A stretch of 64,000 nt of DNA. It comes from Polyangiales bacterium (GTDB lineage Bacteria > Myxococcota_A > Polyangia > Polyangiales > Polyangiaceae). The notes beneath the pieces are model-generated. The model did not search any database. It worked only from the letters and a program-made list of their open reading frames with translations, and was not told the origin of the DNA. Below, one piece after another: positions 1 to 8,986 of the stretch. Made by a program: the position numbers and the translations under genes. The DNA lies in contig JBBRNJ010000021.1 of the NCBI GenBank assembly GCA_038230375.1, positions 32,001 to 96,000 of the forward strand, written 5' to 3'. Numbering within the stretch: position 1 is the stretch's first letter; every line of letters begins with the position of its first letter.

Positions 1-883
1 AGTCCGGGTGCCCGGTGAGGCTCGGGGACAGGATCACGTCCTTGATGTAGGAGAGGCTGGCGATGTGCTTCGAGAGGTTCAGCGCCTCGAGGCTCACGAT
101 CACGTGCGGCGCGATGCCGTTGCGATCCATCGCGCCGCCCGCGACATCAACGGCGATCACGATGCCCTTCTTCTTTGCAAGGGCGAGCGCCTTGATGTTC
201 TTGTCGAGCGACGGTCCGGCCCCGACGATGAACGCGGGCACTCCTTCGAGCGAGCCCGACAGCGCCGTCACCGGTGACGTGTCCGAGAGCACGTGGAGGT
301 TCTGCGCCATGTGGCCGATCCACTCGGAGAAGCGCGCAGAGCGCGTGTTCTCGATGATCTCGGTGTCGCAGATCAGCTTCTGGATCGACGCCCGAAGGGC
401 CAGGAGCTCCTCGGGGAAGACGTTCGCGTAGCCCTGCGTGATGAAGAGCGTCGCGGTCGTCTCGTTCGTGAGCGCCGGCCACATCGCCTCGAGCTCCATC
501 AGGTCCGTGGTGACGTGAACGCCGCCAAGATCCGTTGGGCCGTGCTCGAGCAGCGTGCGCAGCAGGGACGGGTCGGGCTCGTACACCAGGATGTTGCCCT
601 GCGTGCGTGCGCGTAGCTCGCGCACCGCGTAGCCCACGCCCATACCGAACACGACGGACAGCGTCTTCTGGCCCTTCATTGCATCGAACGAGTGACGGAA
701 GATCTCCGCGTTCGCCACCGCGCCGAGCAGACCGACGTCCGTGAAGAGCGCAGGCGTTCCATCCGGCAGGGCCACCACGCGGCCACGCGGCTTCGCCTCC
801 AGGACCTCGCGCTTGGAGCGCGGCGGCATCAGGAGCACGGCGGCGTTCGCCGTCGCGAAGTCTTCGGTGAACGACACGCTCAT
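1..883 (-). CDS. maf: Motility-associated factor (Maf/DUF115) flagellin glycosyltransferase, 5' part; runs off the window
   Basis: Not in the ORF track; translated by hand from ATG 883, which overlaps the csrA stop (ATGA). MSVSFTEDFA...SVFGMGVGY...ILVYEPD...PAFIVGAGPSLDKNIKAL...GIVIAVD...GIAPHVIVSLE is the typical DUF115/Maf signature. Open to base 1. Confidence 0.85.
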   Translation of the reverse strand, partial: MSVSFTEDFATANAAVLLMPPRSKREVLEAKPRGRVVALPDGTPALFTDVGLLGAVANAEIFRHSFDAMKGQKTLSVVFGMGVGYAVRELRARTQGNILVYEPDPSLLRTLLEHGPTDLGGVHVTTDLMELEAMWPALTNETTATLFITQGYANVFPEELLALRASIQKLICDTEIIENTRSARFSEWIGHMAQNLHVLSDTSPVTALSGSLEGVPAFIVGAGPSLDKNIKALALAKKKGIVIAVDVAGGAMDRNGIAPHVIVSLEALNLSKHIASLSYIKDVILSPSLTGHPD

Positions 884-1158
884 CGCTCGTCACCGGTCGC
901 GTTGTCAGTGGCCTGCTCGCGCGCGGGCTCGGCGCTGGGCTTGCCGCCGCCGAGCAGCGCTTGCTCGTCCAGCTCCGCGTCCGCGGCCGCAAGGTTCGCC
1001 TTCGCGACGGCCTCGTAGACCTCGCCGCGCACCACGCTCTGCGAATGGGGCGCGTCGATCGCAAGCCGCACCGTGCTCTTGTGGATCTCCGCAACGCGTA
1101 CCTCTACGCATCCGCCGATCACGATCTTCTCTCCCAGCCGCCGCGTGAACATCAGCAT
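880..1158 (-). CDS. csrA: Carbon storage regulator CsrA
   Basis: MLMFTRRLGEKIVIG...VRLAIDAPHSQSVVRGEVY; follows flgL. Confidence 0.93.
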   Translation of the reverse strand: MLMFTRRLGEKIVIGGCVEVRVAEIHKSTVRLAIDAPHSQSVVRGEVYEAVAKANLAAADAELDEQALLGGGKPSAEPAREQATDNATGDER

Positions 1159-1170
1159 GTTCGAGGGAGG

Positions 1171-1187
1171 TGCACGGAGGATGCCAG
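1171..1187 (-). promoter_or_regulatory. sigma54 -24/-12 promoter of csrA-maf
   Basis: CTGGCATCCTCCGTGCA (GG-N10-GC); 13 nt from GC to the csrA ATG. Confidence 0.75.
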
Positions 1188-1231
1188 GGGCCGATCAGAA
1201 CGGCACTCTCAGGAAGACCTTGAGAGGCAAT

Positions 1232-2113
1232 TCACGCCGTGAACCACGCGGAAAGCGTGGAGAGCACCTGCTTGCCCACGGCGATCGCTTGGGTGTACGT
1301 CGTTTGCGCCTGGGAAAGCTGGGAATACGCGGTCGGAAGGTCGGCGTCGGCGATGTTGTGCTTCGCGCTCGCCAGCATGGTCAAGCTCTGCGAATGCGTG
1401 GACTGTGTGGTCGTGAGGCGGCTCATCAGCAGGCCGGTATCAGCGCGAGCGGCAGTGATTTGACCGTGTGCATCGTCCAATCCTTTGACGCTGGCAGCGA
1501 TCGCAGTCGGGTCGTTGGCGTCCAGCGCGGTCTTCAGATCCTGGAGTGCCTTGAACGCGTCGGTGCCGCCCGCCGCGGTGAACGCCTTCGCGCCGCTGGT
1601 GTTGGCGACGACGGAAACGCCCTGCGCGATGTCGACGTTTCGCGTGCTGTCGTTGCCCTGGAAGGTGCCGCTGGCATCGAACGCGGCGGTCTGTGTGAGC
1701 GTTCCAGAAAAGATGAACCCGTGTTCGCCCTTCGTGTTCGCCAGGCTCAAGAGATCGCCCAGCATGCCGTCCACTTGCAATGACAGGATCGCCCGATCGC
1801 TCGCGGAAAGCGCCCCGGATGAGCCCTGCAGCGCAACGGACTTCGCCTCCGTGAAGAGGTCCGTGGCGCTCGCGAGGGTGCCTTCGGCGAGCTCTGCATC
1901 GCCTTGCACTCGCTGGATTACCGACTGAAAGCTCTGTGTCTGATCCTCGATGGTGCCCAGGCGGACGAGTGCCGCCGCACCAGCGGGATCATCTTCAGGA
2001 GCCGCGATCTTGAGGCCGGTCGACGCCGTCCTGGACGCATCGAGCAGGCGGCTCTCGAGCCGCTGTGTGGAGCTGCTCAAGGCGTCGTACTGCATGGAGT
2101 TCGTGATGCGCAT
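1232..2113 (-). CDS. flgL: Flagellar hook-associated protein 3
   Basis: MRITNSMQY...STGLKIAAPEDDP...LANTKGEHGFIFSG...DADLPTAY; start set at ATG 2113. Confidence 0.93.
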   Translation of the reverse strand: MRITNSMQYDALSSSTQRLESRLLDASRTASTGLKIAAPEDDPAGAAALVRLGTIEDQTQSFQSVIQRVQGDAELAEGTLASATDLFTEAKSVALQGSSGALSASDRAILSLQVDGMLGDLLSLANTKGEHGFIFSGTLTQTAAFDASGTFQGNDSTRNVDIAQGVSVVANTSGAKAFTAAGGTDAFKALQDLKTALDANDPTAIAASVKGLDDAHGQITAARADTGLLMSRLTTTQSTHSQSLTMLASAKHNIADADLPTAYSQLSQAQTTYTQAIAVGKQVLSTLSAWFTA

Positions 2114-2125
2114 GGAAGACGTCCG

Positions 2126-2142
2126 TCCAAGAATCAAGCCAA
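2126..2142 (-). promoter_or_regulatory. Variant sigma54 promoter of flgL
   Basis: TTGGCTTGATTCTTGGA (GG-N10-GG); shares TGGCTTGATTCT with the fliG motif; 13 nt to ATG. Confidence 0.55.
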
Positions 2143-2153
2143 CGTGAAGCGGC

Positions 2154-3521
2154 TCAGAGCGTCTGCATGAGACCAGCCAGGAGCTGGTCGGCAGCCTGGA
2201 GCACCTTGGCGTTCGCCTGGTAGGCGCGCTGGTACATGGAGAGGTTCGCCATCTCCTCGTCGAGCGAGACGCCGCTGGCGGAGTCATTCATGGTCTTTGC
2301 CTGCGTGTAGAGGCTCTGCTGCACGCCCACCTCGCGGTCGGCGGACTGCTTCGTGGAGCCGACGAAGCCGACGATGTCGCTGAACGCATCGGCGGGAGTC
2401 TTGGTGCCGCCCCCGGCGATCTGCTGCGTGCCCAGGCCAGCGAGGAGTGCCGCGTTGCCGTTGTCGCCCGGTGCGGCGGCGGGGTCAGCCGCGGCTGCCA
2501 CGCGCTCGGGGTGGCCCACCATCTGCGAATCCAGCGCGAACGACTGCGCGGTGCCCGGCGGTCCCGCGAAGGAGAACAGCGCTCTGCCGGTGACGCCGTC
2601 GGCGCCGTAGCCAGCCGCATGCTGCGTGTTCATGGCAGTGCCGATCTCCGACACGAAGGTGTCGAGCTTCGACTGAACCGCCGGTATGTCCCTGTCACGC
2701 GCGGTGATGAGGCCGGCGAGCTTCCCGCCCGCGATGCTTCCGGTCACGTCTGCGCCCGCGCCGCCGTTCGCCGATGCGGTCACCTGCGTGTTGCCCGCTG
2801 CGTCCATACCCACGTTGAGCTTCGTCGCGTTGCTGCCCGACACCAGCGCGGTGCCACCGCCCAGGATCGTCACCTGGCCCGTCGCGTCCGTCACCACCTT
2901 CACGTCCACGCGCTGCGAGAGGTCGGCCACGAGCGACTGCCGCTTGTCCTCCAGGCTGCTCGCGTCACCACCGGACGCCTTTGCCTTCGTGATGTCGCCG
3001 TTGAGCGCTGCGATCTGCGCGGTGATGCCGTTGATCTCGTCGGCCGTGCCCTTCGCCTGCGAGAGCAGGCCACTGCGCTGCGAGGCAAGGTCGGTGGCCA
3101 CACCGCGCACCTGGCTCGCGAAGGAATCAGCGGCGGAGAGCATGGCGCCGCGCGTCGTGGTGTCGTCGGGCGATGCCGCGAGCGCGCTCATGGACGAGAA
3201 GAACCGGGACATCGCGTCTGCGATCCCGGAGCTCTGTGTCTCGTTGAAGAGCTGCGACACGGAGCCAAGCGCATTGTCGCGCGCTCCGGCGGCCGATGAG
3301 CTGCCGCCCGTGACGATCATGCGAGCGGCGGAGAACTGGTCGAACACGCGCGAGGCATTGCCAGCCGTCACGCCGCCGCCGAGCATGCTGGCAAGGTCAG
3401 GCGTCTTGCGGCTGTAGCCGGGCGTGTTGACGTTGGAGACGTTGCTGCCCGTGATGTCGAGCGCGTACGCATTCGCGGCAAGGCCGCTCTGCGCAAGTCC
3501 GAGGAGACTGCCAAGGCCCAT
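2154..3521 (-). CDS. flgK: Flagellar hook-associated protein 1
   Basis: N-term GSNVSNVNTPGYSR; C-term SGVSLDEEMANLSMYQRAYQANAKV. Confidence 0.96.
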   Translation of the reverse strand: MGLGSLLGLAQSGLAANAYALDITGSNVSNVNTPGYSRKTPDLASMLGGGVTAGNASRVFDQFSAARMIVTGGSSSAAGARDNALGSVSQLFNETQSSGIADAMSRFFSSMSALAASPDDTTTRGAMLSAADSFASQVRGVATDLASQRSGLLSQAKGTADEINGITAQIAALNGDITKAKASGGDASSLEDKRQSLVADLSQRVDVKVVTDATGQVTILGGGTALVSGSNATKLNVGMDAAGNTQVTASANGGAGADVTGSIAGGKLAGLITARDRDIPAVQSKLDTFVSEIGTAMNTQHAAGYGADGVTGRALFSFAGPPGTAQSFALDSQMVGHPERVAAAADPAAAPGDNGNAALLAGLGTQQIAGGGTKTPADAFSDIVGFVGSTKQSADREVGVQQSLYTQAKTMNDSASGVSLDEEMANLSMYQRAYQANAKVLQAADQLLAGLMQTL

Positions 3522-3524
3522 CGA

Positions 3525-3854
3525 TCAGCCTCGCACGTTGATGCGGACGGGCGCCGGCGTGCGGCTCTCACCCGTCGCAGTACCGGCGAGCGCCGCCAGC
3601 GCGCCGCGGATGCACGCACGCGCATGCACGAGCAGCCGTTGGTTGTCGCGCGCCAAGGTCAGGACCTCGTGCACGTCCCGTTTGTCGATCTGCTTCTTCT
3701 CGTCGGGCGTCGCCGTCTCCAGCGCGGAGAGGCAGCGGAGCTTGTTCTGGGAGAGCTCCTCGACGCTCTTCACATCCATGGACTCGAGCGCCTTGCGCTC
3801 CCGCATCAGGATGTCAGTCAGGTCCACCAGCGCGGCCTTGAGAGAGTCGGCCAT
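3525..3854 (-). CDS. flgN: FlgN-like export chaperone
   Basis: Helical 109 aa between flgM and flgK; L..ERKAL..D...EELSQNK, NQRLL. Confidence 0.75.
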   Translation of the reverse strand: MADSLKAALVDLTDILMRERKALESMDVKSVEELSQNKLRCLSALETATPDEKKQIDKRDVHEVLTLARDNQRLLVHARACIRGALAALAGTATGESRTPAPVRINVRG

Positions 3855-3857
3855 GGC

Positions 3858-4187
3858 TCAACCCGTCCGGTCCACGAGGTGCTGCGCGATCGCGCGGGAG
3901 TCGACCTTGAGCGAGCCATTCGCGATCTTGTCCTTCAGCGCGGCGACCTTCGCGGCGTCCACGCCGCCGGCCTCCGTGGTGCTGGCCGCCTGTACAGCGG
4001 CACCGGCGGCCAATTGACGGGCCTCCGGCGAGATCGTGACGCGTGCGTCCTCGGCGCCACGCACCTGCGACGTCGGTCCCTTCGAGTGTCCACCTTCCAC
4101 GCCGCCATTTCCCTTCACGCGGCCTGCGCGTTCCGAGAGGTTGACCGTGTTCTGGTAAGCGGAGATTGCGCGGGGATCGACCTTCAT
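3858..4187 (-). CDS. flgM: Anti-sigma28 factor
   Basis: VTISPEAR...VDAAKVAALKDKIANGSLKVDSRAIA. Confidence 0.92.
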   Translation of the reverse strand: MKVDPRAISAYQNTVNLSERAGRVKGNGGVEGGHSKGPTSQVRGAEDARVTISPEARQLAAGAAVQAASTTEAGGVDAAKVAALKDKIANGSLKVDSRAIAQHLVDRTG

Positions 4188-4254
4188 GAGCTCCTCGATT
4201 CGTTAGCGAGTGAAGTGGGTGGCGGGCCCTTCGGGGGCGACGCCGCCGTCACCA

Positions 4255-4286
4255 GACATGGACGGGCGCGCGAGGCGCGACTTTAG
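4255..4286 (-). promoter_or_regulatory. Possible sigma28 promoter of flgM
   Basis: CTAAAG (-35 match) preceded by a T7 tract; the -10 (GCCGAT) match is poor. Confidence 0.3.
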
Positions 4287-4315
4287 GGGGACGGGAAAAA
4301 AATCGTCGTCACCCT

Positions 4316-4585
4316 TCATTTCTTCTCGCCAAGGATCCTCTCCAGCGAATCGGCCAGGCCGATGCCGCCGCCGCGGCCCATGGCGTCGGCGAGCGCATCC
4401 GTCACCATCTGTCCGTACATCTGCGAGCCCGGCGCCTTCCCGGTCATCGACGTGGTCTTCTCGAGTGACGCGAGCATCTTCCTGAGGAAGATGCCCTCGA
4501 ACTCCTTGGCGACACGATGTTCCTCCGACGGAGGGGCCTGCTTGGCCTCGAGCGGCTGGATGTGGCGGGTGTCATCGATCTTCAC
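4316..4585 (-). CDS. flgJ: Short FlgJ (rod-binding domain only)
   Basis: VAKEFEGIFLRKML...MYGQM...LADAMGRGGGIGLAD; GTG start after GGGAG; no muramidase domain. Confidence 0.88.
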   Translation of the reverse strand: MKIDDTRHIQPLEAKQAPPSEEHRVAKEFEGIFLRKMLASLEKTTSMTGKAPGSQMYGQMVTDALADAMGRGGGIGLADSLERILGEKK

Positions 4586-4598
4586 GTCTTCACTCCCT

Positions 4599-5723
4599 TC
4601 ACTGGACCACCAGGGTTGCACGGAGTGCGCCAGCGCTCTTCAGCGCAGAGAGGACGCTCACGAGCTCGCGCGGTGGGATGCCCAGCGAGCTCAACGCGGA
4701 GGCCACGTCTGCAAGTCTTGCAGCGCCCTTCACGTAGGCCATGGTGTTGCCGTTGCGACCGGCTCCGTTCTCGTCGGGCACCACCTCCGTGTGCGGGATC
4801 ACCTTCGTGTCGCCGCGGCCGGCGGGGGCGATGGGCTGCGACACGTCGGGCGTCTCGCGAATGAGCACCGTGAGCCCGCCCGTGGCGATGGCGACAGGAG
4901 CAAGCTGCACGTCACCACCAGCGACGATGGTGCCAGTGCGCTCGTTGATCACGACGCGCGCGACCATGGGCGCGTTCACGTCGATCTCGCCAAGGCGCGC
5001 GATGGTCGCGACGGCCGCGGCCTCGCTCTCCAGGGTGACGGACACGGCGCCGCCGTCGACCGCCGTGGCGACCTTCGCGCCCATCTCCTTGTCGATGGCC
5101 TCCTGGATGCGCTGCGCGAGCAGGAAATCCGGCTGTCGCAGCGAGTAGACGATCTTGCCCTTCTCCGTGAACGTGGTGGCGATCAGTCGCTCCACCAGGC
5201 CCCCGTCCGGGATGCGCGCCGCGTTCGGACTGTTCTTCTGCACCGACGACGACTGTCCGTGTGCCTCGAGCCCGCCGACAATGAGCGAGCCCTGCGAGAC
5301 CGCGTACACGCGCCCGTCCGCACCGTACAGCGGTGTCTGCACCAGCACGCCGCCCTGCAGAGAGCGCGCGTTGCCGATCGAGGAGATGGTCACATCGAGA
5401 CGCGTGCCGGGGCGCGCGAACGGCGGAATGGTCGCGGTCACGAGCACCGCTGCCACGTTGCGCAGGCGAATCGACGTGCCGTCCGCCTGCACGCCGAGCT
5501 TGCGCATGAGCGCCAGCAGCGATTGCGTTGCGAACGGAGCAGAGGCATCGTCGCCTGTGCCGGTGAGGCCCGTGACCACGCCATACCCCACGAGCTGGTT
5601 GTCGCGGACGCCGACGACGTCGCAGAGATCCTTCACATGGTCCGCGCGCGCGGGTTTGCTGACGAGCAGCACCAACACAGCGATGACGAGCACGAACGAG
5701 AGCCGAAAATATGGATGTCGCAT
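4599..5723 (-). CDS. flgI: Flagellar P-ring protein
   Basis: GVRDNQLVGYGVVTGLTGTGD; VVINERTGTIVAG; signal peptide. Confidence 0.97.
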   Translation of the reverse strand: MRHPYFRLSFVLVIAVLVLLVSKPARADHVKDLCDVVGVRDNQLVGYGVVTGLTGTGDDASAPFATQSLLALMRKLGVQADGTSIRLRNVAAVLVTATIPPFARPGTRLDVTISSIGNARSLQGGVLVQTPLYGADGRVYAVSQGSLIVGGLEAHGQSSSVQKNSPNAARIPDGGLVERLIATTFTEKGKIVYSLRQPDFLLAQRIQEAIDKEMGAKVATAVDGGAVSVTLESEAAAVATIARLGEIDVNAPMVARVVINERTGTIVAGGDVQLAPVAIATGGLTVLIRETPDVSQPIAPAGRGDTKVIPHTEVVPDENGAGRNGNTMAYVKGAARLADVASALSSLGIPPRELVSVLSALKSAGALRATLVVQ

Positions 5724-5728
5724 GGGCC

Positions 5729-6433
5729 TCAAAACGGGTTGATGGTGTCGAGGGCCCTGCCGAGGAAGCCGCGCTCTTGCTGGTCAGCCATGTCGCCGCG
5801 ACCGGTGAACTCGATCTGCGCGTCCGCGATGCGTGACGAGGCGACGGTGTTGTCCGTCTTCACGTCGGTCCAGCGGACCAGGCCGGAGATGTAGAGGTGG
5901 TACTCCTCGTTGTTGATCATCACGACCTTCGTGCCTTCGATGTAGAAGTCACCGTTCGGCAGCTGCTTCGCCACGCGCACCGCGATGGAGCCCTGGAGAG
6001 TGCCCGTCCGCGTGGTGGCGCCGTTGCCCGCGAAGTTGGAGGCAGCGGCCAGCTGCAGGAGCTTTCCCGTATCCATCTCCGGGTTCAGGCGCTTCAGCGC
6101 CGGCATGAGCCCGAGCACCGCGTCGGCACCCGCGTTCCGGTCGGTGCTCTTGCCCAGCTTGGTGGTCGCGTCGCCCTTTGCGTCCGCCTGTTCGTCGATG
6201 CTGATGACGACGATGTCGCCCACGTGGAGCGCGCGCGTGTCCTGGAGCAGGCCTGGGCGTGCGTCGGAGTAGAGGGAGCCGGCGCCCGGGCTCGCATCGG
6301 GCGAGGCCTGCGCGTATGCGCCAGGGTCGTACTTGCGATGGCGCGGCGCGAACGTCTTGATGTGCGCGGGACCACACCCGGCGGCCGTGCCCAGCAGCAC
6401 CGCAGCCAGAACGAGCCGCTGCATGCTGGTCAT
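5729..6433 (-). CDS. flgH: Flagellar L-ring lipoprotein
   Basis: Lipobox AAGC; VGDIVVI, LPNGDFYIEGTK, SSRIADAQI. Confidence 0.96.
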   Translation of the reverse strand: MTSMQRLVLAAVLLGTAAGCGPAHIKTFAPRHRKYDPGAYAQASPDASPGAGSLYSDARPGLLQDTRALHVGDIVVISIDEQADAKGDATTKLGKSTDRNAGADAVLGLMPALKRLNPEMDTGKLLQLAAASNFAGNGATTRTGTLQGSIAVRVAKQLPNGDFYIEGTKVVMINNEEYHLYISGLVRWTDVKTDNTVASSRIADAQIEFTGRGDMADQQERGFLGRALDTINPF

Positions 6434-7179
6434 CGCACGCCCTCCAGCAGCTCGGCATGGCTCCTGGACGTGAGCTTCACCTTCACGGTGCGGCTCGTCG
6501 CCGTCAGTATCACCATCGTTGCGTCGCCCACGTCGGCGTCCTTCAAGAGCGTGGCCTCCGTGGAGACGCTGAGCGTTGCTCGCTCCACGACCACAGTCAC
6601 ATGTGCGCCCTTCCGCAGATCGGGCGCGCTCGCGGCCTCACTGATCTCCACCACCACAGCGATGGGGATGATCGCCACGCGGACGTCGTCCTGCAGTAGC
6701 TCCACGTTGGCCGTGGTGTGGAACGGACCCTTCGTCTTCGGAAGCTTGGGGAGCGTGGCCTGGCCCACGCGCGTGCCGGAGGGTGCGGTGAAGTCACTGG
6801 TCGCCTCGACGCGCGTCAGCGTGACGCCCGCGGGGAGCTGCGCAGTGATGGCGGCGCGGGAGAGCTCCGCGAGCGCACGGCTTGCCAGATGCTCCGACGC
6901 ACGCGTCACGCGCGTGGTCGTAGGCATCGCGAATTCGGCTGTTTTTCCGGCTCGGCGTAGCGAACGCACGATCTCGTCGCGGCTGACCACGCGGCTTGCG
7001 CCGGGCGAAGGTGCGGGCCCGAGCTCGACGTCGCGTGCGCCTGTCGGGGCATCCTTCACCACGTCCCCGACCGTGAGTCGTGCACGCATGACCAGCAGCG
7101 ACGCCGGCGCCTCCGCGGCCGCCGTTCCCGAGAGGGCCGCAACGAGGAGAGCTACGAGGGGGAGCGCGAGGTGCTTCAT
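6430..7179 (-). CDS. flgA: P-ring assembly chaperone FlgA-like
   Basis: Between flgG and flgH; signal peptide; C-term LRKGAHVTV...ATLLKDADVGD. Confidence 0.8.
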   Translation of the reverse strand: MKHLALPLVALLVAALSGTAAAEAPASLLVMRARLTVGDVVKDAPTGARDVELGPAPSPGASRVVSRDEIVRSLRRAGKTAEFAMPTTTRVTRASEHLASRALAELSRAAITAQLPAGVTLTRVEATSDFTAPSGTRVGQATLPKLPKTKGPFHTTANVELLQDDVRVAIIPIAVVVEISEAASAPDLRKGAHVTVVVERATLSVSTEATLLKDADVGDATMVILTATSRTVKVKLTSRSHAELLEGVR

Positions 7180-7961
7180 TTGAGCGCGCTCGCGGCGCGC
7201 AACATCTCGTCCGCGGCGGTCACGACCTTGGTGTTGATCTCGTATGCGCGCTGTGCGCTGATGAGGCCGATCATCTCCTCGACGACCTCCACGTTCGCGT
7301 GCTCCAGGCTTCCCTGCAGGAGCGTGCCGCTGCCGTTGGAGCCCGGCGCGCCCACCTGGGCCTCGCCGCTCGCGGTGCTGGCCGTGAAGAGGTTGTGGCC
7401 GACGGCGTTGAGGCCGCCCGGATTGACGAAGTTTGCGATCTGCAGCGTGCCGACCTGGTTCGCGGCGGTCTGGCCCGGCTGGACCACGCTCACGATTCCG
7501 TCGGCGCCGATGGTGACGCTCTGCGCGCCTTGCGGGATCGTGATCGGCGGCTCGAGAGGCATACCCTCGCTCGTGCAGAGCCTGCCCTGCGCGTCCGTCT
7601 TCAGGTTGCCGGCGCGCGTGTAGGCGGGCTGACCATCCGGCTGGCCCACCACGAAGAAGCCGTTGCCTTCGATGGCAAGGTCGAGCGGGTTGTTCGTGTT
7701 CTGCATCGCGCCCTGCCCGAAGTTGCGCGACGTGGAGACAAGGCGCACACCGCTACCCAGCTGCGTGCCCGAGGGTGCGACGGTCGTTGCGCTGGTCTGC
7801 GTGCCCGCGGCTCGAACGGTCTGGTAGACCAGGTCCTGGAAGTCGGCGCGCGTCTTCTTGAAGCCGATGGTGTTGGCGTTCGCAAGGTTGTTGGAGATGG
7901 AGTCGAGCTCGGCCTCTTGCGCTGCCATGCCCGTCGCCGCTGTGTGAAGTGAACGAAACAT
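7176..7961 (-). CDS. flgG: Distal rod protein
   Basis: ISNNLANANTIGFKK, DLAIEGNGFF, YTRAG, LEHANVEVVEEM. Confidence 0.97.
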   Translation of the reverse strand: MFRSLHTAATGMAAQEAELDSISNNLANANTIGFKKTRADFQDLVYQTVRAAGTQTSATTVAPSGTQLGSGVRLVSTSRNFGQGAMQNTNNPLDLAIEGNGFFVVGQPDGQPAYTRAGNLKTDAQGRLCTSEGMPLEPPITIPQGAQSVTIGADGIVSVVQPGQTAANQVGTLQIANFVNPGGLNAVGHNLFTASTASGEAQVGAPGSNGSGTLLQGSLEHANVEVVEEMIGLISAQRAYEINTKVVTAADEMLRAASALK

Positions 7962-8016
7962 CTCTGACCTCTTTCACGCGATTCGTGTCCCGTGTTCGGG
8001 GACGCAGCTCATGTCG

Positions 8017-8033
8017 TGCATGCCCGGTGCCAG
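8017..8033 (-). promoter_or_regulatory. sigma54 promoter of the flgG operon
   Basis: CTGGCACCGGGCATGCA, near-perfect TGGCAC-N5-(T/A)TGCA; leader has SD GAGGT. Confidence 0.8.
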
Positions 8034-8042
8034 TGGCACCCT

Positions 8043-8396
8043 TCACCCGGCGTCCGCCTCTGGCGCCGCCGAATCGGCTTCAGTTTCCGTGTCCGCGTCG
8101 TTCTCCTTCGCGCTCTCCGCGTCGGTTTCGCCAGCGTCTTTCGTGGTCGCAGCGTCAACGGGCGTGCTGTCCTGCGCCTGCGCGTTGGCGTCCGCCGCGT
8201 TGCCAACGGAGCCCTCCGTCGTGTCCGCATCCGCGGACGCGGCCGTGCTCGCACACGTGCCCGCCTGGCACGTCATGCCGTTCGCGCAGTCCGAGAGGCG
8301 AAGGCAGCTGTTGCCGGTCCCGCACCCCACGGAGAGCAGCGGGAGGAGCGACAGGCCGACCGCAACGGCGACGAGAGCCGCGCGTGCGTATCTCAC
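8043..8396 (-). CDS. Small Cys-rich lipoprotein with acidic low-complexity tail
   Basis: GTG start overlaps upstream TGA; lipobox SVGC; C..SDC..GMTC..GTC; D/E/A/T-rich tail. Confidence 0.7.
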   Translation of the reverse strand: MRYARAALVAVAVGLSLLPLLSVGCGTGNSCLRLSDCANGMTCQAGTCASTAASADADTTEGSVGNAADANAQAQDSTPVDAATTKDAGETDAESAKENDADTETEADSAAPEADAG

Positions 8397-8923
8397 TTCT
8401 CTTCTCCGTTCTTCTCTGCGACGAGGCTCGAGATGTCGCCGCGCACGCCGAGCGACAGCAGGCCCCACATGAGCACGCCGCTGGTCGGGAGATCGGTGCC
8501 GAAGGGAAGCGCGGAGATCGACGGCTCGACGAAGAGCCGCATGTCGCTCTTGCCAAAGAGGAACGTCGCACCTGCCACGCCTCCGATGAGGATGTGCGGC
8601 ACCCACGTACCGGTCGCGCCGCCGAACGCCTCCATCCGCCGAGAGAACGCGTAGGTGTAGCGGATCTCGTTGCCGAACGACGTGTGCGGCTCGATCTCGA
8701 CGAACGCGATCGCGCTCATGCCGCTGTTGCCCTCTTCTGTCTGCCAGAGCACGGAGGCGCGGAGGCGTGTGCGTGCGCGCCGGAACGCCGTCGTGCCCGT
8801 GCCGTCGTCGCCGGCCTCCATCCCGCTCGCGGCGCCGATGTCGGCGCCCATGACCTGGGCAGAGGCGGCAGTGCTTGTGGCAAGGCTAACGAGCGCGGCG
8901 GCGAGGGCGACTGAGCGTTTCAT
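8393..8923 (-). CDS. Secreted hypothetical protein, possible small outer-membrane beta-barrel
   Basis: Signal peptide (ASA-Q); alternating amphipathic beta-strand pattern; own sigma54 motif. Confidence 0.65.
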   Translation of the reverse strand: MKRSVALAAALVSLATSTAASAQVMGADIGAASGMEAGDDGTGTTAFRRARTRLRASVLWQTEEGNSGMSAIAFVEIEPHTSFGNEIRYTYAFSRRMEAFGGATGTWVPHILIGGVAGATFLFGKSDMRLFVEPSISALPFGTDLPTSGVLMWGLLSLGVRGDISSLVAEKNGEEK

Positions 8924-8936
8924 CAGCAGTCGTAGG

Positions 8937-8952
8937 TGCGACGATCGTGCCG
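8937..8952 (-). promoter_or_regulatory. sigma54 promoter of the two unknown genes
   Basis: CGGCACGATCGTCGCA (GG-N10-GC); 14 nt to ATG 8923. Confidence 0.7.
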
Positions 8953-8986
8953 CAAGGCTCTCCAGCTTTTGCGGAGAGTGCCGTTC

